This document shows positions 1-8,329 of a stretch of DNA of 24,000 bases, piece after piece. The notes below the pieces were generated by a model. The model was not told the DNA's origin, ran no database searches, and saw only the letters and a program-made list of their open reading frames with translations. Within the stretch, counting starts at the first letter, position 1; the number at the start of each line of letters is the position of its first letter. The translations under genes were made by a program, and so were the position numbers. Origin of the DNA: Candidatus Hodarchaeota archaeon (GTDB lineage Archaea > Asgardarchaeota > Heimdallarchaeia > Hodarchaeales > Hodarchaeaceae). The stretch is taken from the NCBI GenBank assembly GCA_016839625.1, contig JAEOTY010000021.1, forward strand, positions 2,263 to 26,262, written 5' to 3'.

Positions 1-3000
1 TGAATCATTGGCATTGTCTTCTCCTGGGGTAATTTCTCCATATGGGATATTAGTATCATTAATTAAAAGTGCTGGGCCTCCTGGTGTATGATCTAACCCA
101 AAGGCAACCCAAGCTTGGCTAGTGAAATTTCCCACGTTTTGCACGGTGACCTCAATTTCCCATGGATCCTCATCAGTCATAATTGAATGGCATTCATATG
201 AAGCTAGTTCAAAACGCTCATCACCGCCATCGACTCGCTCACCAGATTGATAAGTAACATTTAGGAGCCAATAGAAAATGTTCATAGCCAATTGCGAATT
301 ATTATAGCGTCCTGGATTCAGGTTTGTTGGAAATGGATTGTCCCACAGGTCGTCATTAAAGACATCTTCATCAGCAACGAAGACTGCTCTTCCATTATTT
401 TGGTCATAGTACATTATTGTGGGTTTTCCGCTCTCCTGAACGAGAGGTGCTGCAGATCCGCTAAAGTAAGCATAGGGGGCATCTATGAGTACTTCCTCAA
501 TTTCAAATGGGGTAGTTGTCAGAGGATGTGTCACAAAATCTGTTGTAGGACCACCACCACCTCCATAGTTCCAGGTTACGCCCAAAGAATTTGTTGCATA
601 ATTATAAAACTGATGCTCATAATCCCCAATGAATAGTACTCGCCCGCCAGCGTTGAGATAATTGGTTAGATTGCCGCTTAACCACTGATAATATGCTTCT
701 TCAGAAGGAATATTAAAGGAATCATTGTAGAAGGCAGCAAGTGGTTGTCCAAGTATATAGGCATCATAATATTCTAGGATTATATCCGTAGGTGGTGTGT
801 GGGCTGAGGCGGGATACCAATATTCGATCGTTGCTCCGAGACCAAAGAGTTGGGTGACAAGATCGTCAAATTCAAATTCGAAGACATCTTCAGCTGGTTT
901 ATTGGGTTGTTGTGTTGTATGTAATCCCAATTCTATTCTTCCATAAACCCCAAACACTGGATAACCTGTCGTATTATCAATGCCATCACTAATAAATGCA
1001 AAGAATATATTGTCAAACCCAGGATCTGATGTACGTGTTATAGTTGAGGAAATGTTGCCAATCCAAGAAGAACCTAGTACAGATAACTCTAGTTGTATTG
1101 GGTTTGGGTCTTGGGGATCAGTCGATTGATAAATTGTAAAATTATCTCCAGTCGCAATGGTTAAATTATCGATATATATTAATACTTCAGAGGCGCCTTC
1201 AAAGCTTACATTATACCAATACGCTCCTGCAACAGTATCATTATAGGGGTGCTGCCATTTGGGAGTGGAAGCCACTCCTAATGCAGAGAGGTTCCCATTA
1301 GTCTGTTTACTCCAATCATGATAATCAATACCAGTAGTATCTTCTGACCACGATCCATCTACCAGAATGGTTTTTCCTTCGAAATCTTCGTACATCTCTG
1401 GTAGTATTGTATACTGTTCTGTGAATGGAGTGCCTACACGATTATTTGCCTGTTTTGGAGCATTGTCTAAAATTGTCTTTGCGCCTGTGAAACTGACTTT
1501 TCCTTTTCCTTGGGCCATTTCATTAAACCCAAGATTGGTCGCCCCTTGTCTAAGAGCAATTTTAATCGCCGTTGGAGACGCTCCAGGATGAGATTCGATT
1601 AAATTGGCACTCACTCCAGCTGCAACGGCTGCAGATACTGCAGTTCCTGTAAAAATATCGAAATATAGCGTATCATTATTATCCGCACCTTTCCATCCAT
1701 AACCAGGGTCGTCGTTTCGTTCTTCATTGGTAGCAAAAGAATGACTTGCTCCTAGCATGTACACTCCAGGAGCTACCACATCAGGTTTGGAATGTTCAGT
1801 GTCGGGGACTGGTCCTCGTTTAGATTGGAGCCACATTGCATTTGTCTCTGTTGTCGCCCCAACTGTTAGCGCGGCTGGGGCTGTTGCGGGAGCATTGATA
1901 GTATAGTATGGTGCTATGTCATCGTCATCATATCCTTCAGGTGAATTAAAATCACCAGCCGGAACTATTACGAGCGCTCCACGAGAAGTAGCTGCTTCAA
2001 TTGCTGCAAGGATCGTGGATGGTGTTGTGACTGAAAAATCATCCAAAAGGATGACATCAGCTCCGTGGTCAACTGCCCATTCAATCCCTAAAATTATTGC
2101 AGCATCAGAGTATTCGGATCCATCATCACTAGTTACCTTAACATCAAAAAGAGAAGCGCCTGGTGCGAGTCCCATTTGAGTTCCAATATTGATTGAAAAA
2201 TTCATTTCTTGAATTTCATAAGTAGGATTAGTTACGCGCGGAAATGGGTAAGAGAATGGTACAGAGGCCTTATATTTCCCTCCACAGGTTGGTGTACCTG
2301 CAACAACGGATGCAAGTGCGGTTCCTCTACCATTGCGATCTATAGTATCACCATCGCCATAAGCATCATATGAATCGATCACTTTAGAATCATTAGTTGT
2401 TATCCAATCATCATCTTGATCATCAAGCATGGGGTGATTCTCGTTTATCCCTGTGCTTAGAATCGCAACTATTACTCCACTACCAGATGTATTGTCATAA
2501 TCAGCTTCAACTAGATTGTGGGTTTCGTTTAATAGAAGGGGGAAATCACCTACATAGGGATTATCGTTTTGAGTAAAACTCGATAGCTTTGCCAGAACTC
2601 CTTCTGCTACTGGGATTATATCATCCACATGGCGGATGTCTTCAAGATTAGGAATGTCTTGGATAGTACAACTTACTTGAACCACTGGAATCAATGAGAA
2701 GACCCTTTGAACCTCTACCCACTCTGGGAAATCAGGTACGCGATCCGACCAATAAATAAATGTACTCTCTGTTGCATTGGGATCTTCTCCCGAATTAAGA
2801 CGTCTTCTGATGTCTTCGAGGAAGATCTGCGATTGAACATCTAAACTCGACTCTATATTGTCTATATTGTCTAGGGTTTCACTCAAGGATGAAACATTGG
2901 CCGTAGGATCATTCTTTAACGTTTTGATCCTTGGTTCTTTCGGTGTGCTATTGAATATTGTCAGATTTGTCATAAAGGGAGTCAAGAGTAATACAAGAGA

Positions 3001-3036
3001 GAAAATTAATAGAAAATTCCTTTTAATGATTTGCAT
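1..3036 (-). CDS. Secreted subtilisin-like (peptidase S8 fold) protein, predicted catalytically dead. Partial: the C-terminus lies beyond the left window edge.
   Basis: The ORF is absent from the supplied track because it runs off the edge. My manual minus-strand translation from the ATG at 3036..3034 stays open down to position 1 (1012 codons). The N-terminus MQIIKRNFLLIFSLVLLLTPFMTNL looks like a signal peptide or anchor. Subtilase blocks are GSGVIVAILSTGINENHPML, DRNGRGTALASVVAGT, GLAPGASLFDVKV, GIEWAVDHGADVILL, GALVIVPAGDFN, KPDVVAPGV and GTAVSAAVAAGVSANLIESHPGASP. The C-terminal half is non-protease (e.g. NAGGRVLFIGDYEH, GRAVFVADEDVFND). Confidence 0.8.
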   Translation of the reverse strand, partial: MQIIKRNFLLIFSLVLLLTPFMTNLTIFNSTPKEPRIKTLKNDPTANVSSLSETLDNIDNIESSLDVQSQIFLEDIRRRLNSGEDPNATESTFIYWSDRVPDFPEWVEVQRVFSLIPVVQVSCTIQDIPNLEDIRHVDDIIPVAEGVLAKLSSFTQNDNPYVGDFPLLLNETHNLVEADYDNTSGSGVIVAILSTGINENHPMLDDQDDDWITTNDSKVIDSYDAYGDGDTIDRNGRGTALASVVAGTPTCGGKYKASVPFSYPFPRVTNPTYEIQEMNFSINIGTQMGLAPGASLFDVKVTSDDGSEYSDAAIILGIEWAVDHGADVILLDDFSVTTPSTILAAIEAATSRGALVIVPAGDFNSPEGYDDDDIAPYYTINAPATAPAALTVGATTETNAMWLQSKRGPVPDTEHSKPDVVAPGVYMLGASHSFATNEERNDDPGYGWKGADNNDTLYFDIFTGTAVSAAVAAGVSANLIESHPGASPTAIKIALRQGATNLGFNEMAQGKGKVSFTGAKTILDNAPKQANNRVGTPFTEQYTILPEMYEDFEGKTILVDGSWSEDTTGIDYHDWSKQTNGNLSALGVASTPKWQHPYNDTVAGAYWYNVSFEGASEVLIYIDNLTIATGDNFTIYQSTDPQDPNPIQLELSVLGSSWIGNISSTITRTSDPGFDNIFFAFISDGIDNTTGYPVFGVYGRIELGLHTTQQPNKPAEDVFEFEFDDLVTQLFGLGATIEYWYPASAHTPPTDIILEYYDAYILGQPLAAFYNDSFNIPSEEAYYQWLSGNLTNYLNAGGRVLFIGDYEHQFYNYATNSLGVTWNYGGGGGPTTDFVTHPLTTTPFEIEEVLIDAPYAYFSGSAAPLVQESGKPTIMYYDQNNGRAVFVADEDVFNDDLWDNPFPTNLNPGRYNNSQLAMNIFYWLLNVTYQSGERVDGGDERFELASYECHSIMTDEDPWEIEVTVQNVGNFTSQAWVAFGLDHTPGGPALLINDTNIPYGEITPGEDNANDS

Positions 3037-3225
3037 ATTTTTTGCCTCGTCTCCTGAGAATCAAATTATCTATAATAATTATGAAAAGTCCTTGCTTATA
3101 AAAATAAGTTATCACATTTAAGCAAGTATGCTTTGTCAGCTACGATGTCATTGAAAAATAAGTGAGTAAATGTCCTCAAAAGCTTTTCTTACTTTGATTC
3201 AAGGATTTTAGAGGTCGTATAACAA

Positions 3226-3792
3226 ATGCCATTAAAGAAAGGAGTTTTTTCCAGATTAAAGAAAAAGATTGGTATAACGACTAATTATTCCCAATTAGTT
3301 GTTGAATATGATAAACAATTAACATTACGACCTGATGATATTGATACTCTTCTTCTTCGAGCTCAGGCGTATGTTGAGCTGCAAGAATTTCAAAAGGCGA
3401 TTACTGACTATACCAATATTTTGCAGTTGAAATCTGAGTCTCCTGAGGTATTACATAAACGAGGAGAAGCATATAGTTATTTGGGTAACTACCAACAAAG
3501 TATTGTGGATTATTCAAAAGCCATCGAATTGGACCCTACGAATGCTACTCATTTTCACTTCCGTGCTGTCGCATATTTTTTGAATGGTCAACATCAAAAA
3601 TCGATTAAAGATTATTCTAAGGCTCTTAAATTGAATCCTTTTGTTGCTCGGAGTTATTATGGTCGTGGTAATAGTTATTTTGCTCTGAAAGATTACCAAC
3701 GGGCAATTCAAGACTATACAAGTGCTCTTAAGTTAATAGACAAATATCCCAAACAAGCTCAAAAAGAAGATCCAACGAGAATTGATGCTTAA
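3226..3792 (+). CDS. Tetratricopeptide (TPR) repeat protein, N-terminal segment ending at an in-frame TAA
   Basis: The track ORF has repeated 34-aa TPR units, e.g. AYVELQEFQKAITDYTNILQL, GEAYSYLGNYQQSIVDYSKAIELDP and GNSYFALKDYQRAIQDYTSALKL. It starts with ATG and ends at TAA 3790-3792. Confidence 0.8.
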   Translation: MPLKKGVFSRLKKKIGITTNYSQLVVEYDKQLTLRPDDIDTLLLRAQAYVELQEFQKAITDYTNILQLKSESPEVLHKRGEAYSYLGNYQQSIVDYSKAIELDPTNATHFHFRAVAYFLNGQHQKSIKDYSKALKLNPFVARSYYGRGNSYFALKDYQRAIQDYTSALKLIDKYPKQAQKEDPTRIDA

Positions 3793-4980
3793 TTGAAAAG
3801 AGGAGAAGCCTTTGAACGTATCAACGATTTTTCCAGAGCTAATAGAGACTATTCTAGTGTCATTGAATCAGACACAACACGAGTATACGCCTGGGGAAGA
3901 AGGGGGATGACGTATTTAAGTGTAGGAAAACTTGATGAAGCATATCACGATTTTAATAAGAGTATTGAATTAGCTCCGAATGATTTTCTGGGATATTTTA
4001 ATCGTGGGAATGTTTTTTTCTACTCCAGACGGTTTCGTGAGGCCATAACCGATTTTTCTAAAACTATTGAATTACATGCGGATGATTTTCAAGCTCATCT
4101 GAACCGGGGTAATTGTTGGAGGGAGCTTCAAGAGTACGAAAAAGCTCTTTCTGATTATTCTGTGGCAATTTCAATTGATATAAACTATGTAAATGCCTAT
4201 TTAAATCGTGGTAGCGTTTTTCTCAATTTAAAGGACTATGACAAAGCGATAACGGATTTTAACAAAGTCCTCGAATTAGACCCAGTTAATGCATCAGCTT
4301 ACGCCAACCGTGCAATTGCTTATGAAGGAATGCAAGAATATGACAAGGCTTTGGAAGATTCTACAAAAGCAATCAGTTTGAATCCTAGTTTCCATCAAGC
4401 TTATTTTAATCGGGGAATGGTTTACTTATTGATACAAGAACATTCTCAAGCTCTTACTGATTTCACGAAAAGTATTGAATTATTTGCCAACCCAGACGCT
4501 TATTATTGGAGAGCAGAAGCAGCCGCGAAGTTACACAAATTTGAACGAGCTATTCGTGATTGGAAGACCAGTGGTTTTCTGTATATGCGCTACAGGAACT
4601 ATGATGTATCTGTAAAATCATTTAAGTCAGCATATGATGTCCATGTCCAAAATAATGTTATTACTGATGACGGTCTAGTCTCCACCTTAATGTATTATGC
4701 TGTAAGTTCAGATTCCCAGGTAGAACAAAGCCTAACACAAATGTACGAGGAATATAAGACTCAAATTCAAGAAAAAATTCTATTGAAATTTTTGGACATA
4801 ATAGTAGAAAAAATTTCCAGTCAAAAAGTATCGCCTAAGATTGCTGAAAGATTAAATGTCTTGAGTGAGGCAATTAATTCAGCAAATGATCTAAATAAGG
4901 AAACAAAGCAGGAATTTTTAAGGCTTTCGATAATCATTAAACAGAAATATCTTGACGAGTTAAAAGGAGTCCCTCCCTAA
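3793..4980 (+). CDS. TPR repeat protein, continuation segment in the same frame as 3226-3792, with a non-TPR helical C-terminal tail
   Basis: At least 7 further TPR units are present (RGNVFFYSRRFREAITDFSKTIEL, RGNCWRELQEYEKALSDYSVAISID, RGSVFLNLKDYDKAITDFNKVLELDP and others). The track start is a TTG directly abutting the preceding stop. The first in-frame ATG is at 3907. Confidence 0.75.
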   Translation: MKRGEAFERINDFSRANRDYSSVIESDTTRVYAWGRRGMTYLSVGKLDEAYHDFNKSIELAPNDFLGYFNRGNVFFYSRRFREAITDFSKTIELHADDFQAHLNRGNCWRELQEYEKALSDYSVAISIDINYVNAYLNRGSVFLNLKDYDKAITDFNKVLELDPVNASAYANRAIAYEGMQEYDKALEDSTKAISLNPSFHQAYFNRGMVYLLIQEHSQALTDFTKSIELFANPDAYYWRAEAAAKLHKFERAIRDWKTSGFLYMRYRNYDVSVKSFKSAYDVHVQNNVITDDGLVSTLMYYAVSSDSQVEQSLTQMYEEYKTQIQEKILLKFLDIIVEKISSQKVSPKIAERLNVLSEAINSANDLNKETKQEFLRLSIIIKQKYLDELKGVPP

Positions 4981-5136
4981 GAATTTACCCTTTTTCCTAG
5001 TTCTGAGGATTTGATCTTACGATAGCTTCCTGATCCCTTATTCTTAAAATTGAGAATAGGGAGAAAACAACCCTCCTGACTTTGATGACGAATAGAATTC
5101 TCTTTCCAAGCTTGATGATTTTTTAATGTTTCTTGC

Positions 5137-5913
5137 CTAGATATAATATCCTGGTTCAGCGTCTTTTCCTTCGTCTTCCTCTTTCTCTAGGACTTCCCGT
5201 GCCAGGCTTGTGATTCTGTCATTCTTTTGGATTGCCTCTTCTATTGTAAGATCTAGATCTTTTAGTTCTAGTTTTAGGGAGTAGAGATCGGATATTTTCT
5301 TCAACAGGGCTTTACTTGCTTGAGGATCGGTTCCAGCTAGGGTTAATTTTCCGAGTAATCCGAAACTCTTCATTTTTCGTTCTGCAGCTAGTGCTGACAG
5401 TACTCCTACCGCTCCTGTCACTTCTCCTCCTTTTAGTAGTACTACGTCGTGTTTTTCTAGCCATTTGAGTGTTTCTTTATCGTACCCAAATCCTGCGACT
5501 TCTGGTCCTTCTTCGTGGACTCGTAATCCACCCAAGCAGATCATTGTGTCTGCTTTGTATTCTAACACATAATCAAGGACGTTGTTTAGAACTTGGATAA
5601 TTCCGATATCGTGTGGTTGGGCGTCTCCTGTCAGGATTAACAAGTTTGGCTTTGTGGAGGTGATTGCATAAATTTCCATTCTAGCTAGTCGTCCCATGCT
5701 TGTTTCACTGTCCACTTGTACTACTGGTGGGAAAAATGAGCTATAAATTCGAGCTATTTCCGTTGCTTTATAGTGTTTAATCAAAAAACTTGCAGCTATT
5801 TTTCCTATGAGCCCCATTCCTGGTAATCCTTGGATTACCACTGCTGGGGAGGTGATATTCACGTCTGCTTGTCTTTGCAGTAGGGTAAAGGTATTGCCAT
5901 TTGGTTCGTTCAC
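5137..5913 (-). CDS. PAC2-family proteasome assembly chaperone (PbaB-like) with a C-terminal HbYX motif
   Basis: The N-terminal block AVVIQGLPGMGLIGKIAASFLIKHY...IYSSFFPP is typical of the PAC2/COG1938 family. The acidic tail ends in ...EPGYYI, which fits the hydrophobic-Tyr-X motif used to dock on 20S alpha rings. Confidence 0.7.
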   Translation of the reverse strand: MNEPNGNTFTLLQRQADVNITSPAVVIQGLPGMGLIGKIAASFLIKHYKATEIARIYSSFFPPVVQVDSETSMGRLARMEIYAITSTKPNLLILTGDAQPHDIGIIQVLNNVLDYVLEYKADTMICLGGLRVHEEGPEVAGFGYDKETLKWLEKHDVVLLKGGEVTGAVGVLSALAAERKMKSFGLLGKLTLAGTDPQASKALLKKISDLYSLKLELKDLDLTIEEAIQKNDRITSLAREVLEKEEDEGKDAEPGYYI

Positions 5914-6144
5914 TAATAACTCCTCGATTCACCGAAGTTTCTTTTTATTTTATTGACTAGCTTTTTTCAAATCGTAGTTTGTTTATCTTCCATAAATATC
6001 TACCCCATTTCTTAGGCATTTTGTTAATCAATTGGTTACCAAGGTATTAGATAGTCCCTTAACTCCCTGATTGTGGATTTATTTCTATGTGGTATGTAAT
6101 CACTAAAGGATCATGTAATTCTTCTACCGATATTCATTTAAGCT

Positions 6145-7126
6145 TCAAATTTTAATTTCTTTAGCAATTTCTTTCACAGTATGAATAAAATTGTCAAAAT
6201 CTACCGATCTACTCCTGTGATTAGTGATTGCTACTCTAATCGCAAATTCTCCTCGTAATATTGTATAGGAGGGTACTGCAATACCGCGTTCATGTAGTTG
6301 ATGAATAATTTCCTCATTTAATCTAGTCAGCTTTTCTTGATCCATACCTTCTTTCTGGTATCTAAAACATACGTTATTCATGGATGTGGGTGCAAGGAGT
6401 TCCAAATTCTCTTCTTTCTCTATTAACCCTGTCAGATATTCTGCTTGTTGAATATTCTGTTCTACTAATCGTCCGTATTTTTTTATTCCATGCTCTTTTA
6501 GGCTCATCCAAATTTTTAATGTTTTGAATTCGTCTGACATTTCAAAACCATAATCAGTGAACCATATCTTCCCTCCTGTTACCCCCGTATCCCCTGTGAA
6601 CAATAAGCTGGGCTAAGAGCGAATGTACGGTAGTGATCTTTTGCGCTTTTTACAAGAACGCAACCAGCTGCATAGTTCACATACATCCACTTATGAAAAT
6701 CAAAAGCAATGGAGTCTGCTTGTGTTATCCCATCCGCTAGGTGATTTGACTTTGGAGCTATTTTGGTTAATGCACCAAACGCGCCATCGATATGGAACCA
6801 CATGTTTTGTTGTTTAGCAATATTTGCTAGAGCATTAAGATCATCTACAGCTCCTGTATTGACTGTCCCAAGATTTCCAATGATACAAATCGGTTTGTAA
6901 TTATTCTCCCTATCACTTTCTCTCTTATTTCCTCGTATATTGAGTGTATGTCCTGTCCCTCCGTAGGTAGAAGTTGTTGAAACTTCTCCTTTACTTCCTC
7001 TGGGATTGGCCGCCATACTGGTTGTTCTCAGATACTCTTTAGATAATCAACCATATTATCGATGATTCGATGTCCTAATTTTCTCGTTTCTTCCCAACTT
7101 TCAAGATCTAAAGTCTCTTCTATCAT
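6145..7126 (-). pseudogene. Decayed group II PLP-dependent amino-acid decarboxylase
   Basis: Three pieces lie in three different frames. (1) ATG at 7126 gives MIEETLDLESWEETRKLGHRIIDNMVDYLKSI, then TGA (7028-7030), then EQPVWRPIPEEVKEKFQQLLPTEGQDIHSIYEEIREKV. (2) The track ORF 6579-7016 contains GTVNTGAVDDL...WFHIDGAFG...DSIAFDFHKW, the PLP-lysine motif. (3) The track ORF 6145-6603 contains the C-terminal small domain (FKTLKIWMSLKEHG...). About 150 codons between the N-terminal region and the GT..TGA.D block are missing. Confidence 0.75.
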
Positions 7127-7199
7127 TGAAATCTCCTTAGCTTTTGTATAAATCTATTAATAATTGGATTTTTTCATTATTATAATAAGCCATCAGACG

Positions 7200-7955
7200 A
7201 TGCAAGGTTCAGACATGTCATTTCAAAAACTGGTCAAAGAGGAGTTAAATCTAGATGATTTAAAGATTTTATTTTATTTAACAGCTTTTTTTATACTCCA
7301 GACTGGTATTAATGTTCCATTTTACTTCATTTCCCTTCTTCCTAATTCTGCTCATTTCACCAGTTGGTCCAATATCGTTGTCTGGACTGTTTCTTTTTCT
7401 GGCGACTTTCTATTGCCGATTCTCGTTACTGTATTCGTCCAGCTCTTAGTTAATTTCTCTCTCGTTAAATTTTGGAAATTGAAGAAGATTACTAGACCCT
7501 CTCACAAGCACTGGATTCTTAGTTACGCTGTATTCATTTCAATTATTGCTGGAGGGACTCTTTTCCTTTCCTTGATCTTCCCTGAAATTTATGAATTGTT
7601 TCTTTGGCCCTGGATTGGATTATTTTTATCAAGTTTGGGGTTGTATGGTTTTCTTTATGGCTTCTCTGTTACTTTTCTGATAATTTTTGCTCTTATTTTC
7701 TTTCCTGCAGGAGATTACCTTCTTCATTACATTATTTTTGTCATCTTTGTAACTTTCGCTCTTTCTTCTCCTTTTCTCTTTCTTTATCCAGGGTTTACTT
7801 TCTATTTCTTTTTTCGTTTGTTAGAAAAGAATCAAATCAAGTATTTTTTCCTATTAGCTGTAATTCTTTTTTGGATAATTTTTCAAATTCTTTTTCTGTC
7901 TTTTCTTCTCAATTCGCCTCTCGAAACATTCTGGTTACTCAAACTGTTGGAATGA
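7200..7955 (+). CDS. Polytopic integral membrane protein of unknown function
   Basis: The track ORF 7164-7955 is extremely hydrophobic and Phe/Leu/Ile-rich, with about 7-8 predicted TM stretches. The track start is TTG at 7164; ATG at 7200 or 7215 is more plausible. I recognised no family motif. Confidence 0.6.
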   Translation: MQGSDMSFQKLVKEELNLDDLKILFYLTAFFILQTGINVPFYFISLLPNSAHFTSWSNIVVWTVSFSGDFLLPILVTVFVQLLVNFSLVKFWKLKKITRPSHKHWILSYAVFISIIAGGTLFLSLIFPEIYELFLWPWIGLFLSSLGLYGFLYGFSVTFLIIFALIFFPAGDYLLHYIIFVIFVTFALSSPFLFLYPGFTFYFFFRLLEKNQIKYFFLLAVILFWIIFQILFLSFLLNSPLETFWLLKLLE

Positions 7956-8002
7956 GAGACTATCCAACCTATATAATTCTTTCCAGATAGAATAAGGAAC
8001 AT

Positions 8003-8320
8003 TTAATGAGCCCAGGGACACGATTGGCCGCTTTCACCATGACATGGTGGTTTATTGGTGTAGTAAAAGTTACACCAAAACTCTTCCTCATCATTTGCAT
8101 TTTTTAGTCTGGTAAATTGAATACAATCTAAGATATATCGCTCACTTTCAATTTCTTCTAAAGTTCCTGGTTTTCCAGGTTGTAAATAGGGACACCGAGT
8201 GGGACAAGGTTCATTCCAGATTTTTAGCTTCAGACAATAATAGTTCTTGTCATTTTCAGAATGAACCAGAAATAGGCAATTATGATAGATTGTGATCCTC
8301 TCCTCGATAATAGGGCTTAA
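8003..8320 (-). other. Stop-to-stop Cys/His-rich ORF (about 105 codons) with no ATG/GTG/TTG start. It is either a metal-binding small protein gene with an unusual start or a start-less relic.
   Basis: Manual translation gives LSPIIEERITIYHNCLFLVHSENDKNYYCLKLKIWNEPCPTRCPYLQPGKPGTLEEIESERYILDCIQFTRLKNANDEEEFWCNFYYTNKPPCHGESGQSCPWAH, ending at TAA (8003-8005). It contains 8 Cys. It is not in the supplied track because it lacks a canonical start. Confidence 0.35.
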
Positions 8321-8329
8321 TTATGAGAA

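Noticed and set aside
2852-2873. Direct tandem duplication of the 9-mer tctatattg (x2 plus a partial third copy)
   Set aside because: It lies inside the subtilase-like CDS and simply encodes DNIDNI in frame. It is a small slippage duplication, not a regulatory repeat or CRISPR-like element.
292-3121. Plus-strand track ORFs 292-636, 1367-1591, 1916-2179 and 2858-3121
   Set aside because: All lie antisense to the long uninterrupted minus-strand subtilase-like ORF (1-3036). Their translations are low-complexity, Cys/Ile-rich nonsense with no motifs. They are shadow ORFs of the real gene.
3514-3711. Minus-strand 65-aa ORF
   Set aside because: It is antisense to a clear TPR-repeat CDS and has no motif support.
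3790-3792. Possibility that TAA (here and after ppa) or TGA (7028-7030) is recoded (sense reassignment, selenocysteine)
   Set aside because: Confident genes in the window terminate with all three stops: TAA for ppa, radA and vps4; TAG for the Vps25-like gene and both ESCRT-III genes; TGA for the EAP30 gene. The genome therefore uses the standard code. The TGA in the decarboxylase replaces a conserved Arg position in a gene with two further lesions, which does not fit a Sec site.
4991-5061. T5 tract (4991-4995) after the TPR gene, and an imperfect 9-bp hairpin CCCT(T)ATTCT/AGAATAGGG (5035-5061) between convergent genes, as possible terminators
   Set aside because: The T-run is short and the hairpin has a bulge and an AT-rich stem. 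Archaeal termination signals cannot be called reliably from this alone, so I did not report them as features.
7604-7990. Alternative-frame 128-aa ORF overlapping the membrane protein gene
   Set aside because: It overlaps the longer hydrophobic ORF 7164-7955 in another frame. Its composition (Phe/Ser/Leu/Cys runs) is the typical off-frame reading of a T-rich membrane gene.
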